Below, in pieces: positions 55,524 through 62,674 of a stretch of DNA of 64,000 bases. The DNA is from a virus. Under the pieces are notes generated by a model. The model did not search any database, had not been told where the DNA came from, and saw nothing but the letters and a program-made list of their open reading frames with translations. Position numbers and translations under genes: made by a program. Every line of letters begins with the position of its first letter. The first letter of the stretch is position 1. Where the stretch lies: positions 32,001-96,000 of the IMG/VR virus record IMGVR_UViG_3300008448_000004. One strand, given 5' to 3'.

Positions 55524-55733
55524 TTACTTGATAGCTTGGTCGTGAGCAGATTTACCACCACCTACGGAGACGGTATCTTCACTACCTGAAATTTTAGCTA
55601 CAGTACTATCTGTTGCGACAACTGAGCTGTCTGCTACAGCGGTGCTATCAGCGCCGGTGTTTTCGGTTGAAGCGGATCCTCCGCAGGACATCATGGCAAA
55701 CATAACGGCAATTGCAAGAATTGTCTTTTTCAT
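55524..55733 (-). CDS. Small low-complexity lipoprotein
   Basis: AMMSC lipobox, repeated DS(T/S)A/V. Confidence 0.65.
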   Translation of the reverse strand: MKKTILAIAVMFAMMSCGGSASTENTGADSTAVADSSVVATDSTVAKISGSEDTVSVGGGKSAHDQAIK

Positions 55734-55771
55734 ACTTTTTTTTTAATTTTGATTTGTTAATAATTGTAGAA

Positions 55772-55803
55772 TAAATATAGAATAAAAACTTCAGACTTCC
55801 AAC
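55772..55803 (-). promoter_or_regulatory. Bacteroidota sigma70-type promoter
   Basis: GTTG-N20-TATATTTA. Confidence 0.65.
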
Positions 55804-56711
55804 TAAAGGCGGGCTCCTACCTTATTTTTTATAATTAACGTATCATTCTGTATATCTGTACAAGCTGTAGGGGTTGGTCCTATCCACCAGGATGCTAAAC
55901 AACTACTGCCAATAGAACCCATAATAGGACCTGTTAGACCGTTACATGGTTTGTATGTGTAAAGTAAATTACAATTAGCATCCCATTGGGCCTGGTGTAG
56001 TAAACCAACAGTATGTCCTGCTTCATGAGATACGCATACTCTAGTTCGTAAAGCATTGTAGCTTAGTGTATTAGTAAATACAAAACACGGAGTATCACTT
56101 CCCCAAAACATACTCCCTACATATGCTACACCTGCTACTCCTGGATATATTTCATTAGAAGTGGTAATTACTACTCTCATTCTTTTTGTTATACTAGCTT
56201 TAAGGTATACGCTTTCATCTGTAGTAACAATTACATTAAATTTAACATAGTCTTTAGATACACTATCTAATATTGTCTGTATATCTGCAGGGTATAATCC
56301 ACTTGGTAAGAGCTGTTTCGGTATACCGTTATTCCAAGATGGGCTGTTTAAGTAGTATCCATCGAAATCTAATAATATAACTGAGCTAGCACCCGGGTTA
56401 TTCCCGTACGGGTATGGATCACAGGCATTACCTATACCATCACCATCAGAATCTAATTGAGTTGAATTTGAAACTTTAGGACAGTTATCATTTATATCAG
56501 GGATACCATCTTTATCAAAATCTCTTAATTTGGTCGATCCTCCGACTCGAGCCATTTCAAACTCTATTCTAGTTTTGAATGAACTATTATCTAGAGGGCC
56601 AAAATCACAAATTTCAACTTTAGGATTACTTGGTTGATTAATTTTCTCTTTAGTACAGGTTGATAGCACTGCTATAAAAAGTATGCAGCAAAGCAATAAT
56701 CTAGTGTTCAT
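55803..56711 (-). CDS. Lipoprotein metzincin protease with TSP3-like repeat
   Basis: LSTC lipobox, DFDKDGIPDINDNCP..DSDGDGIGNACD, HEAGHTVGLLH zinc motif, IMG Met-turn. Confidence 0.8.
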   Translation of the reverse strand: MNTRLLLCCILFIAVLSTCTKEKINQPSNPKVEICDFGPLDNSSFKTRIEFEMARVGGSTKLRDFDKDGIPDINDNCPKVSNSTQLDSDGDGIGNACDPYPYGNNPGASSVILLDFDGYYLNSPSWNNGIPKQLLPSGLYPADIQTILDSVSKDYVKFNVIVTTDESVYLKASITKRMRVVITTSNEIYPGVAGVAYVGSMFWGSDTPCFVFTNTLSYNALRTRVCVSHEAGHTVGLLHQAQWDANCNLLYTYKPCNGLTGPIMGSIGSSCLASWWIGPTPTACTDIQNDTLIIKNKVGARL

Positions 56712-56761
56712 TATAGTAAGGTTGTACTTATAATTAGTTTACAGCCTTAGCAGGACGTCGA

Positions 56762-57223
56762 TTATTTTTTGCATACTGAATCTGCAGCATAAGTCATCAG
56801 GGGGGAATTTCCTTTGTGTCTCACCTTATACCCCATCCCGGTTACTATACCTACTGCTGAAGTGAGAGCTTGGTTTGATTGGTATTTTGGGTCGGGATTA
56901 ATATCAATATCAATCCAGGTTGCTTTAATGTTTAATTCTGATCTTAGCAGTTCTGCTATTTCAACTGAAAACCAAACTTCGTTTAGTAGCCTTGGTGTGT
57001 TTTCTCTTTCTCTACCTGTGTTAAATTTTGAGAAAAGAACATGAGCTCCTTTTCCGGGCTTGTACAGCCCCACTACCAGGGCGTATACTGTTGTGAGTAA
57101 TCTATTTTGAGAATCGCATCCAATTAAAACTTCAACTCCGGGGTTCCTTTCTGTGTAATCTTTTACGTATTTAACTAGGTCTACTCTCTGCTTAGTGGAG
57201 AGTGTTTTAAACTCTCTTTCCAT
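56762..57223 (-). CDS. RNase H-like protein (YkuK/DUF458 family)
   Basis: VLIGCDSQ, RLL.EV..S.E.A, IDIDIN, GMG, YAAD. Confidence 0.75.
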   Translation of the reverse strand: MEREFKTLSTKQRVDLVKYVKDYTERNPGVEVLIGCDSQNRLLTTVYALVVGLYKPGKGAHVLFSKFNTGRERENTPRLLNEVWFSVEIAELLRSELNIKATWIDIDINPDPKYQSNQALTSAVGIVTGMGYKVRHKGNSPLMTYAADSVCKK

Positions 57224-57253
57224 AGTCTTTAATTTTTACGTTTTACCAATCAG

Positions 57254-57325
57254 TAGTCTCACCAAGAATCGAACTTGGATCCACTGCTTAGAAGGCAGTT
57301 GTTCTATCCGTTGAACTATGAGACC
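57254..57325 (-). tRNA. tRNA-Arg(TCT)
   Basis: Cloverleaf, loop CTTCTAA, A20 present. Confidence 0.93.
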
Positions 57326-57331
57326 AAAAAG

Positions 57332-57470
57332 GAAGAGTTGCTAACGAGCTTTGAATCTTACCTACGCACTGTGAGGTATCTCGTCTTCTTTGTTCGCATT
57401 GCCTGTTCATGGTGCACCAATTCCAGGTTGCCGTGCGTGTCAGTGTTATAACAACTCTTCAAATCGTTTC
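57332..57470 (-). ncRNA. Candidate rod-like structured RNA (~139 nt)
   Basis: Terminal GAAGAGTTG/CAACTCTTC, inner ACGCAC/GTGCGT and CCTG/CAGG stems; no ORF; abuts tRNA-Arg. Confidence 0.45.
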
Positions 57471-57479
57471 GTTATATTC

Positions 57480-57782
57480 TTATCTATTTTGATCTCCTGC
57501 TTTTTTAATAGCAAGGATTGCTTTATCTACTCTTGAATCAACTTTCTTAGAGAGTTCTTGAATTTTTTGATCTGTACTTTTTGATACACTTCCTAGAGTT
57601 TCTGTTATATCTCTTATATCTTCTCTAAATGCTCTAACTTCATCTCTCATCTTTCTATGATCTATAACTACGTATATAACCGTAACAATCATTATACCTA
57701 AAAGAAACATTGAGATTGGGTGTGGTAGTGATGATACTACTACTTCATCAGAAAAACCAGGAAGTGTTTGTAACAGATACAT
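57480..57782 (-). CDS. TM plus coiled-coil protein (..DSRVDK..)
   Basis: Paralog of 54315-54626. Confidence 0.6.
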   Translation of the reverse strand: MYLLQTLPGFSDEVVVSSLPHPISMFLLGIMIVTVIYVVIDHRKMRDEVRAFREDIRDITETLGSVSKSTDQKIQELSKKVDSRVDKAILAIKKAGDQNR

Positions 57783-57961
57783 AATCTTTAATTTTTGGTT
57801 TATAAAAAGGTATAGTACACTCTTAATATTGACTCCGACTCTTTTTCAAGCCAGCACCTCCGAAATGACGCTGACGTTGGGATAGGAGAGTCTAACCTTT
57901 TTTCAAAGTTAAACAATAGAATTGAACTATAACACAACTCTATATCGAAAGCATACTATTG

Positions 57962-58032
57962 TGGATGATACTGGAATCGAACCAGCGCTTCAAGAGTCGG
58001 AGTCTCGCGTCCTGCCATTAGACGAATCACCC
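57962..58032 (-). tRNA. tRNA with CCG anticodon (nominally Arg), Glu/Gln-like body
   Basis: GGGTGAT TC GTCT AATGGC AGGAC G CGAGA CTCCGAC TCTTG AAGC GCTGG TTCGATT CCAGT ATCATCC A. Confidence 0.85.
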
Positions 58033-58057
58033 ATCAGATCTGAAAAGATCTTTTCTG

Positions 58058-58131
58058 TTGACCCTGCTGGACTCGAACCAGCTACCCGCAGATTATGAGT
58101 CTGCTGCTCTAACCTGGTGAGCTAAGGGTCA
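58058..58131 (-). tRNA. tRNA(CAT), most like Ile2
   Basis: Loop CTCATAA, no GGG/CCC initiator stem, body resembles bacterial tRNA-Ile2 (..CTTAGCTCA..GCTGGTTCGAGTCCAGCAGGG). Confidence 0.85.
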
Positions 58132-58208
58132 CTGTTAATATTTTAAATATAGTGACTATTTATAAATATACAAACGGTTTCAGTATCTTTAACTTAAATT
58201 TTTAAAAC

Positions 58209-58376
58209 ATGAAAGAACAAGTATTAGGCCTAGTAAGACACGCTTTAACTTTTGTCGGCGGTATTATCGTCGCTAAAGGACTTCTTGACGAGGCTCTTTT
58301 TCAAGAAGTACTCGGCGGAGTTATGACTCTAGTCGGTGCTGTTTGGTCAATTGCTTCTAAGAAGAAAGCAGCTTAA
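58209..58376 (+). CDS. Small two-TM holin-like protein (55 aa, not in ORF track)
   Basis: MKEQVLGLVRHALTFVGGIIVAKGLLDEALFQEVLGGVMTLVGAVWSIASKKKAA*, with own CTATTTATA motif and terminator. Confidence 0.75.
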   Translation: MKEQVLGLVRHALTFVGGIIVAKGLLDEALFQEVLGGVMTLVGAVWSIASKKKAA

Positions 58377-58399
58377 TCTAACTGTTCTCACTTTTTAAT

Positions 58400-58426
58400 G
58401 AGCCGGCTTTATGCCGGCTTTTTTTT
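58400..58426 (+). terminator. Intrinsic terminator of the plus-strand holin-like gene
   Basis: AGCCGGC TTTAT GCCGGCT TTTTTTT. Confidence 0.8.
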
Positions 58427-58427
58427 G

Positions 58428-58499
58428 TACTCGGTACGGGAATCGAACCCGTATCTTATCCGTGAAAGGGATACGTCCTAACCGTTAGACGAACTGAGC
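58428..58499 (-). tRNA. tRNA-Glu(TTC)
   Basis: Cloverleaf, loop CTTTCAC. Confidence 0.93.
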
Positions 58500-58502
58500 G
58501 TG

Positions 58503-58573
58503 TTACTCCGACTGGGCTCGAACCAGGAACTGCAGAATCAAAATCTGTCGTGTTACCATTACACCACGGAGCA
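58503..58573 (-). tRNA. tRNA-Gln(TTG)
   Basis: Cloverleaf, U1-A72, loop TTTTGAT. Confidence 0.92.
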
Positions 58574-58579
58574 ATGTAG

Positions 58580-58651
58580 TAGAGTAGACAGGGCTCGAAC
58601 CTGCACGCACTTGCTCCCAAAGCAAGGGACCTACCATTGGTCAACTACTCT
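58580..58651 (-). tRNA. tRNA-Pro(TGG)
   Basis: Cloverleaf, loop TTTGGGA. Confidence 0.9.
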
Positions 58652-58656
58652 ATTAG

Positions 58657-58728
58657 AGCTCCCATCCGGAATCGAACCGAATTATCTTGATTACAAGTCA
58701 AGTGCATCGCCTGCAATGCTTTGGGAGC
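58657..58728 (-). tRNA. tRNA-Thr(TGT)
   Basis: Cloverleaf, loop CTTGTAA. Confidence 0.9.
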
Positions 58729-58734
58729 TGTTAG

Positions 58735-58807
58735 CGCGGATGGTAGGACTCGAACCTACAACCTTCGGTTTTGGAGACCGCAACTCTACCAATTGAGCTA
58801 CACCCAC
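58735..58807 (-). tRNA. tRNA-Trp(CCA)
   Basis: Cloverleaf, loop CTCCAAA, G73. Confidence 0.93.
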
Positions 58808-58811
58808 GTTT

Positions 58812-59315
58812 CTACTTATTCAATATGTCAATGATCTTCTTCTTTATACCAGCTTCTTTCAGACCCTGGTTATCTTTAGTTCTAACAAACTTATCCCTTG
58901 CATCTCCCTTGTCTAATAGGTCTTTTAAGTCTAAGTCGTCTAGAATAACAAACTGTTTTAAATCAAAGTGATTAATGAAATCCAGCACTTCATTTGCTCG
59001 GTTTTTTTCGAGCCAAGAAAAGCTTACAGGTTTATTCTTTGTAACAGATCTTGGCATTTTATTAATACCGTTATGCTTAAAGATTTCAGCTAACTGAACT
59101 AATCCCCAATGGTGCCTCCAATCAGAACTTACTACAATCTCTGCTTCTGTTTCTTCTACTATTTCGTTTAGGATCTTAACGCATTTCTCATCGAAAGGAT
59201 AAGGTACTCCGAGTTCTTTTGCCCATTCGTATTTTTTCCAAAAGTTAACTCTATTCCTCATAAATTGCTCTTCTGTTGCTACTACTCCGTCGATGTCTAA
59301 AAAAATTACTTTCAT
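58812..59315 (-). CDS. HAD-superfamily protein (HAD_SAK, RNA-repair-associated type)
   Basis: IFLDIDGV, IVVSSDWR, FVILDD, FVRT..GL. Confidence 0.85.
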   Translation of the reverse strand: MKVIFLDIDGVVATEEQFMRNRVNFWKKYEWAKELGVPYPFDEKCVKILNEIVEETEAEIVVSSDWRHHWGLVQLAEIFKHNGINKMPRSVTKNKPVSFSWLEKNRANEVLDFINHFDLKQFVILDDLDLKDLLDKGDARDKFVRTKDNQGLKEAGIKKKIIDILNK

Positions 59316-59329
59316 ATACTTCAGTTAAT

Positions 59330-59360
59330 AAAAAAGCCCCAGATTTTTATATCCAGGGCT
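59330..59360 (-). terminator. Attenuator-type intrinsic terminator upstream of the HAD gene
   Basis: AGCCCTGGAT ATAAAA ATCTGGGGCT TTTTT, 15 nt before the ATG. Confidence 0.8.
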
Positions 59361-59387
59361 CTTTGTAAATTCTTATATTGGTAAAAG

Positions 59388-59468
59388 TTATCTTACAATA
59401 CATGCCCTGTTGCTTACTGGTTCTTGCCAGCTAGTCGTGGGGGTTGTGTATGTGTTAGATATCTTCAT
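59388..59468 (-). CDS. Putative leader peptide (26 aa)
   Basis: MKISNTYTTPTTSWQEPVSNRACIVR*; 3' part can pair with the terminator 5' arm. Confidence 0.6.
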   Translation of the reverse strand: MKISNTYTTPTTSWQEPVSNRACIVR

Positions 59469-59504
59469 ATGATTGTTACTTGTATAAATACACTTGATAA
59501 ATAA

Positions 59505-60375
59505 AAAACGACCTGAGACTACAGTCTTTATGTTAACTCTTTTGCAGCATTATTGATTCTCTGCTTGTCCAGTACCTTTTGAGCACTATGTTAACAATGC
59601 CGGTTGTTAGGTCAACCACCCCTTGAGGTGCTTTTATTGTGGTCTACTCTCTTCTTACTCTAACCGTTCTACCCTGCCGGGCAGATAAGTCCTTGCGGGA
59701 CTACGATCTTTTCATAAGAATCATTATTGGCTTGCGACCTTTAATGGCAATGGACAACCCATTACTGTGTAGGCATCTTTCGACCGCACCTGGCAAGCGC
59801 TTAAGCTTATTATGTTATTGTAATTTTGCAATCCAATGCAAATAAGTTTGACTTGTGGATTATAGAAGTAGTGGCTTGCCCTGAGCCTGCTCAGCTTTTG
59901 GCCGAGTTGATACTCAACTACTCCTTGAGATGTCCCCATCTCGGTTAACTTTAGACTACTTCATTACAACACCTTGGTAGGTAATCGTAAAGGATATTAG
60001 CAGCACCACCTGTTCTACATCTTACCTTTCGGTTTTAAGTACCCTTTCAGTTCTGGGCGTCGCAATAATATGGTTGGATAAACTATATGTCTTGCATGCA
60101 CCCTTCGGGTTAATCTTATTGCTCTTCCGAGCTCAACCAAACGACCCACATCGCTTAGTCTACCAACCACTTTCCCTACAGTGTTACCCTCAGTACTAAA
60201 GGTCAGTAGATATCCCGATTGCATACTCGAGCTCCTTCCGAAAGGAGCCGCAGATCCACTCAGTCAAATGAATCCACTTTATACCGGTTTCCCGGTTTAT
60301 TTAACGACTATATGCCGCCGACTGCTATTTACTACCGATCTTACTCTCGCAAGCGATTTCAGACCTTCGAAGGGA
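59505..60375 (-). ncRNA. Large structured ncRNA, GOLLD-like candidate (~870 nt, ends approximate)
   Basis: No credible ORF; many tetraloop hairpins (ACCGG-GAAA-CCGGT, GCTCCT-TTCG-GAAGGAGC, ACC-GAAA-GGT, GTCCC-GCAA-GGAC); own promoter and boxA; next to a tRNA array. Confidence 0.65.
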
Positions 60376-60382
60376 TAACAGT

Positions 60383-60394
60383 ATGTCAAAGAAC
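60383..60394 (-). promoter_or_regulatory. boxA-like antitermination element
   Basis: GTTCTTTGACAT just downstream of the promoter; also at 54644-54655, and GTTCTTTACAAT before the tmRNA (26245-26256). Confidence 0.6.
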
Positions 60395-60422
60395 TTCTGT
60401 TGTTATCTTCTTATCTATAAAT

Positions 60423-60454
60423 TAAAGATAGCTTCTTTAATTCAGACTAACAAC
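60423..60454 (-). promoter_or_regulatory. Bacteroidota sigma70-type promoter driving the large ncRNA
   Basis: GTTGTTAGTCTGAATTAAAGAAGC TATCTTTA. Confidence 0.8.
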
Positions 60455-60472
60455 TTTTTTTTAATTTTTTTT

Positions 60473-62119
60473 TTAAAAACCCATTCCCATATCCATCATC
60501 CCAGATCCTTCCTTCTTTTCTTCTTTCTTGTTAAAGATTACGGATTCGGTTGTAAGGATCGTACCAGCCACAGAAGCAGCATTCTCGATCGCAATACGCA
60601 CTACCTTGGTCGGATCAAGCAATCCAGCTTCGAAAGCATCGACTACTTTACCAGCTTTGGCATCGTAGGTGCTGTTACTTAATCCGGACTGCATTACTTC
60701 TGTTGCAATTTCATGCCAGTTCTCAATACCTGCGTTAGCAAGGATTCTAACAAAAGGAGCTTTACATGCTCTTAGTAGAATTTGTTTACCGATATCTTCA
60801 CTGTAATCGCTACCAAGAGTAATATTGTCAACAGCTTTATTAACTGCTTTATACAGAGCAATACCTCCGCCTGATACGATTCCTTCATCAAGAGCTGCTC
60901 GGGTAGCAAATAGTGCATCCTCTACTCTATCTTTCTTTTCTTTTATTTCAAGTTCACTATTACCTCCAACTGAGATTACTGCTACACCTCCGACAAGCTT
61001 TCCGAGCCTCTCTTGTAGTTTTTCTTTGTCGTAGAAGGAAGCTGCTTTTTCGATCTGATCTTTAATGTCTAAAGCTCTTTGCTGAATAGCTTCTTTACTT
61101 CCAACTCCATCAACAATTGTTGTTTTTTCTTTTTCAACTGTTACAGTTCTAGCTTTACCTAAATACTGTTCAAGTACATTGGCGTTAATTTTATCTAGCT
61201 TATGTCCTTTATCTTTAGACAGTACTTGACCGCCTGTAATGATTGCTAGATCTTCAAGTGCTAAGGTTCTTCTTTCTCCGAACTCCGGTGCTTTTACTGC
61301 AACACCTCTTACAATACCTCTTGCTTTATTCACAATTAGGGTAGCTAGAGCTTCTCCGTCTATGTCTTCCGCAACAATTAAGAGAGGTTTATTCTCTGCA
61401 TTAGCTTTAGTCATTACAGGGAGTAATTCAGCTGCTGTTGTAATACGGCCGTCGTACATAAAAATATACGCATCTTCAAGAACAGCTTGCATAGTGTTAT
61501 TGTTCGTCACAAAGTAAGGAGATTTGTATCCTCTATCAAATTGCATACCTTCTACTGTCTCTAATTCAGTTTCACCGGTCTTACTCTCCTCGATAGCAAC
61601 TACTCCATCACGTCCAACTTTTTCAAGAGCTGTTGCGATTAAGTTTCCAATCATCTCATCGTTATTACCTGAGATAGTTGCAACTTGTTTAATCTGCTCT
61701 TCGGTATCTAGTTCTTTAGAGACTTCTTTTAGTGCAGCTACAATCTCTTTTACTGCTTTATCTATACCTCTTTTAACTGCAACAGGACTTACTCCCTGGT
61801 TAATTGCTTTCAAACCTTCTTCTACAATAGTTGCGGCAAGGAGAGTAGAAGTTGTTGTACCGTCTCCAGCTTCATTAGCTGACTTGATGGATACTTGTTT
61901 AACAAGTTGAGCACCGATATTTTCAACCTCGTCTTCGATTTGCGAGAAAGCCTTCGCAACAGTAACGCCGTCTTTAGTAACTTTAATTCCATTTACGTTA
62001 TCTTCAATTAATACTGTTCTACCACCAGGTCCTAGTGTTGATGAAACACTGTTGTTTAATTTCTGGATTCCTTTTAGTAGTTTGTTTTTTAATTCAATTC
62101 CAAATAAGCTGTCAACCAT
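60473..62119 (-). CDS. groEL: Chaperonin GroEL
   Basis: TLGPGGR, TKDGVTVA, AGDGTTT, EGMQFDRGY, ERLGKL.GGVAVI, C-terminal MMDMGMG. Confidence 0.97.
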   Translation of the reverse strand: MVDSLFGIELKNKLLKGIQKLNNSVSSTLGPGGRTVLIEDNVNGIKVTKDGVTVAKAFSQIEDEVENIGAQLVKQVSIKSANEAGDGTTTSTLLAATIVEEGLKAINQGVSPVAVKRGIDKAVKEIVAALKEVSKELDTEEQIKQVATISGNNDEMIGNLIATALEKVGRDGVVAIEESKTGETELETVEGMQFDRGYKSPYFVTNNNTMQAVLEDAYIFMYDGRITTAAELLPVMTKANAENKPLLIVAEDIDGEALATLIVNKARGIVRGVAVKAPEFGERRTLALEDLAIITGGQVLSKDKGHKLDKINANVLEQYLGKARTVTVEKEKTTIVDGVGSKEAIQQRALDIKDQIEKAASFYDKEKLQERLGKLVGGVAVISVGGNSELEIKEKKDRVEDALFATRAALDEGIVSGGGIALYKAVNKAVDNITLGSDYSEDIGKQILLRACKAPFVRILANAGIENWHEIATEVMQSGLSNSTYDAKAGKVVDAFEAGLLDPTKVVRIAIENAASVAGTILTTESVIFNKKEEKKEGSGMMDMGMGF

Positions 62120-62131
62120 TTTTTATAAATT

Positions 62132-62428
62132 TTAATTTTCTGAAACAATGCCGATTACTTCTACAGTTTTACAGAGGAAATACTCATCACCTCCTAGTGT
62201 AACTCTCATACTACCTACTTTAGGAATAAGCAATTTGTCACCTACGTCGAACTTTGTTTGAACAAATTGACCGGTTTGAAAGTTATAAAAATCACTATAC
62301 GCGATTACTTCGCCAATAGCTGGTTTTTCTTTTCCTAGATCAGGAATAATAATGTTGCCTGCAAGGATCTCTTCCTCTTCTACAGGCTTGAGCAAAACGT
62401 ATCCGTTTAGCGGTTTTAATACACTCAT
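62132..62428 (-). CDS. groES: Co-chaperonin GroES
   Basis: LKPLNGYVLLKP, GNIIIPD..KEKP..GEV, VGDK. Confidence 0.9.
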   Translation of the reverse strand: MSVLKPLNGYVLLKPVEEEEILAGNIIIPDLGKEKPAIGEVIAYSDFYNFQTGQFVQTKFDVGDKLLIPKVGSMRVTLGGDEYFLCKTVEVIGIVSEN

Positions 62429-62452
62429 ACTTTTATTTTTAATATAGTAAAA

Positions 62453-62644
62453 TTATTTCAGTTCTTCAACTATTTCTAACTCGGGAATAAGCTCTACAAA
62501 GTATATCATATCTTCCTTTCTCAAAGCCACGTCAGCACCTGTAAAGTATTTCCAGGCTTCAATATTAGGGTTATACTCTGCTTTAACTTTCTTTTTAAGA
62601 ATGTAGAGCTTGTCGTCGAACTTTATAAACTCGTTTCTAAACAT
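62453..62644 (-). CDS. Hypothetical protein
   Basis: 63 aa ORF in the chaperone operon. Confidence 0.6.
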   Translation of the reverse strand: MFRNEFIKFDDKLYILKKKVKAEYNPNIEAWKYFTGADVALRKEDMIYFVELIPELEIVEELK

Positions 62645-62674
62645 AGAGATAATGACAGGTCTTTTATGTGTAAC

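Noticed and set aside
57332-57470. SAM-I riboswitch or SRP RNA call (contains CGGCAACC and GGTGC)
   Set aside because: It lacks the SAM-I P1/P2 kink-turn elements and the SRP helix-8 GGAA/AGCAG motif
60383-60394. rRNA operon suggested by boxA motifs
   Set aside because: No 16S/23S/5S conserved sequence follows. The boxA elements precede other stable RNAs
58456-60682. Track ORFs over the tRNA array and large ncRNA (58456-58644, 58500-58796, 59639-59845, 59724-59939, 60015-60224, 60181-60378, 60219-60425, 60383-60682)
   Set aside because: They overlap clear tRNAs or a hairpin-dense non-coding region and show no protein motifs
616-61910. Plus-strand ORFs in the supplied track (e.g. 884-1129, 24913-25365, 26694-27092, 61524-61910)
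   Set aside because: They are antisense shadows of well-supported minus-strand genes, with no motifs or own promoters. The only plus-strand gene I support (58209-58376) is not in the track
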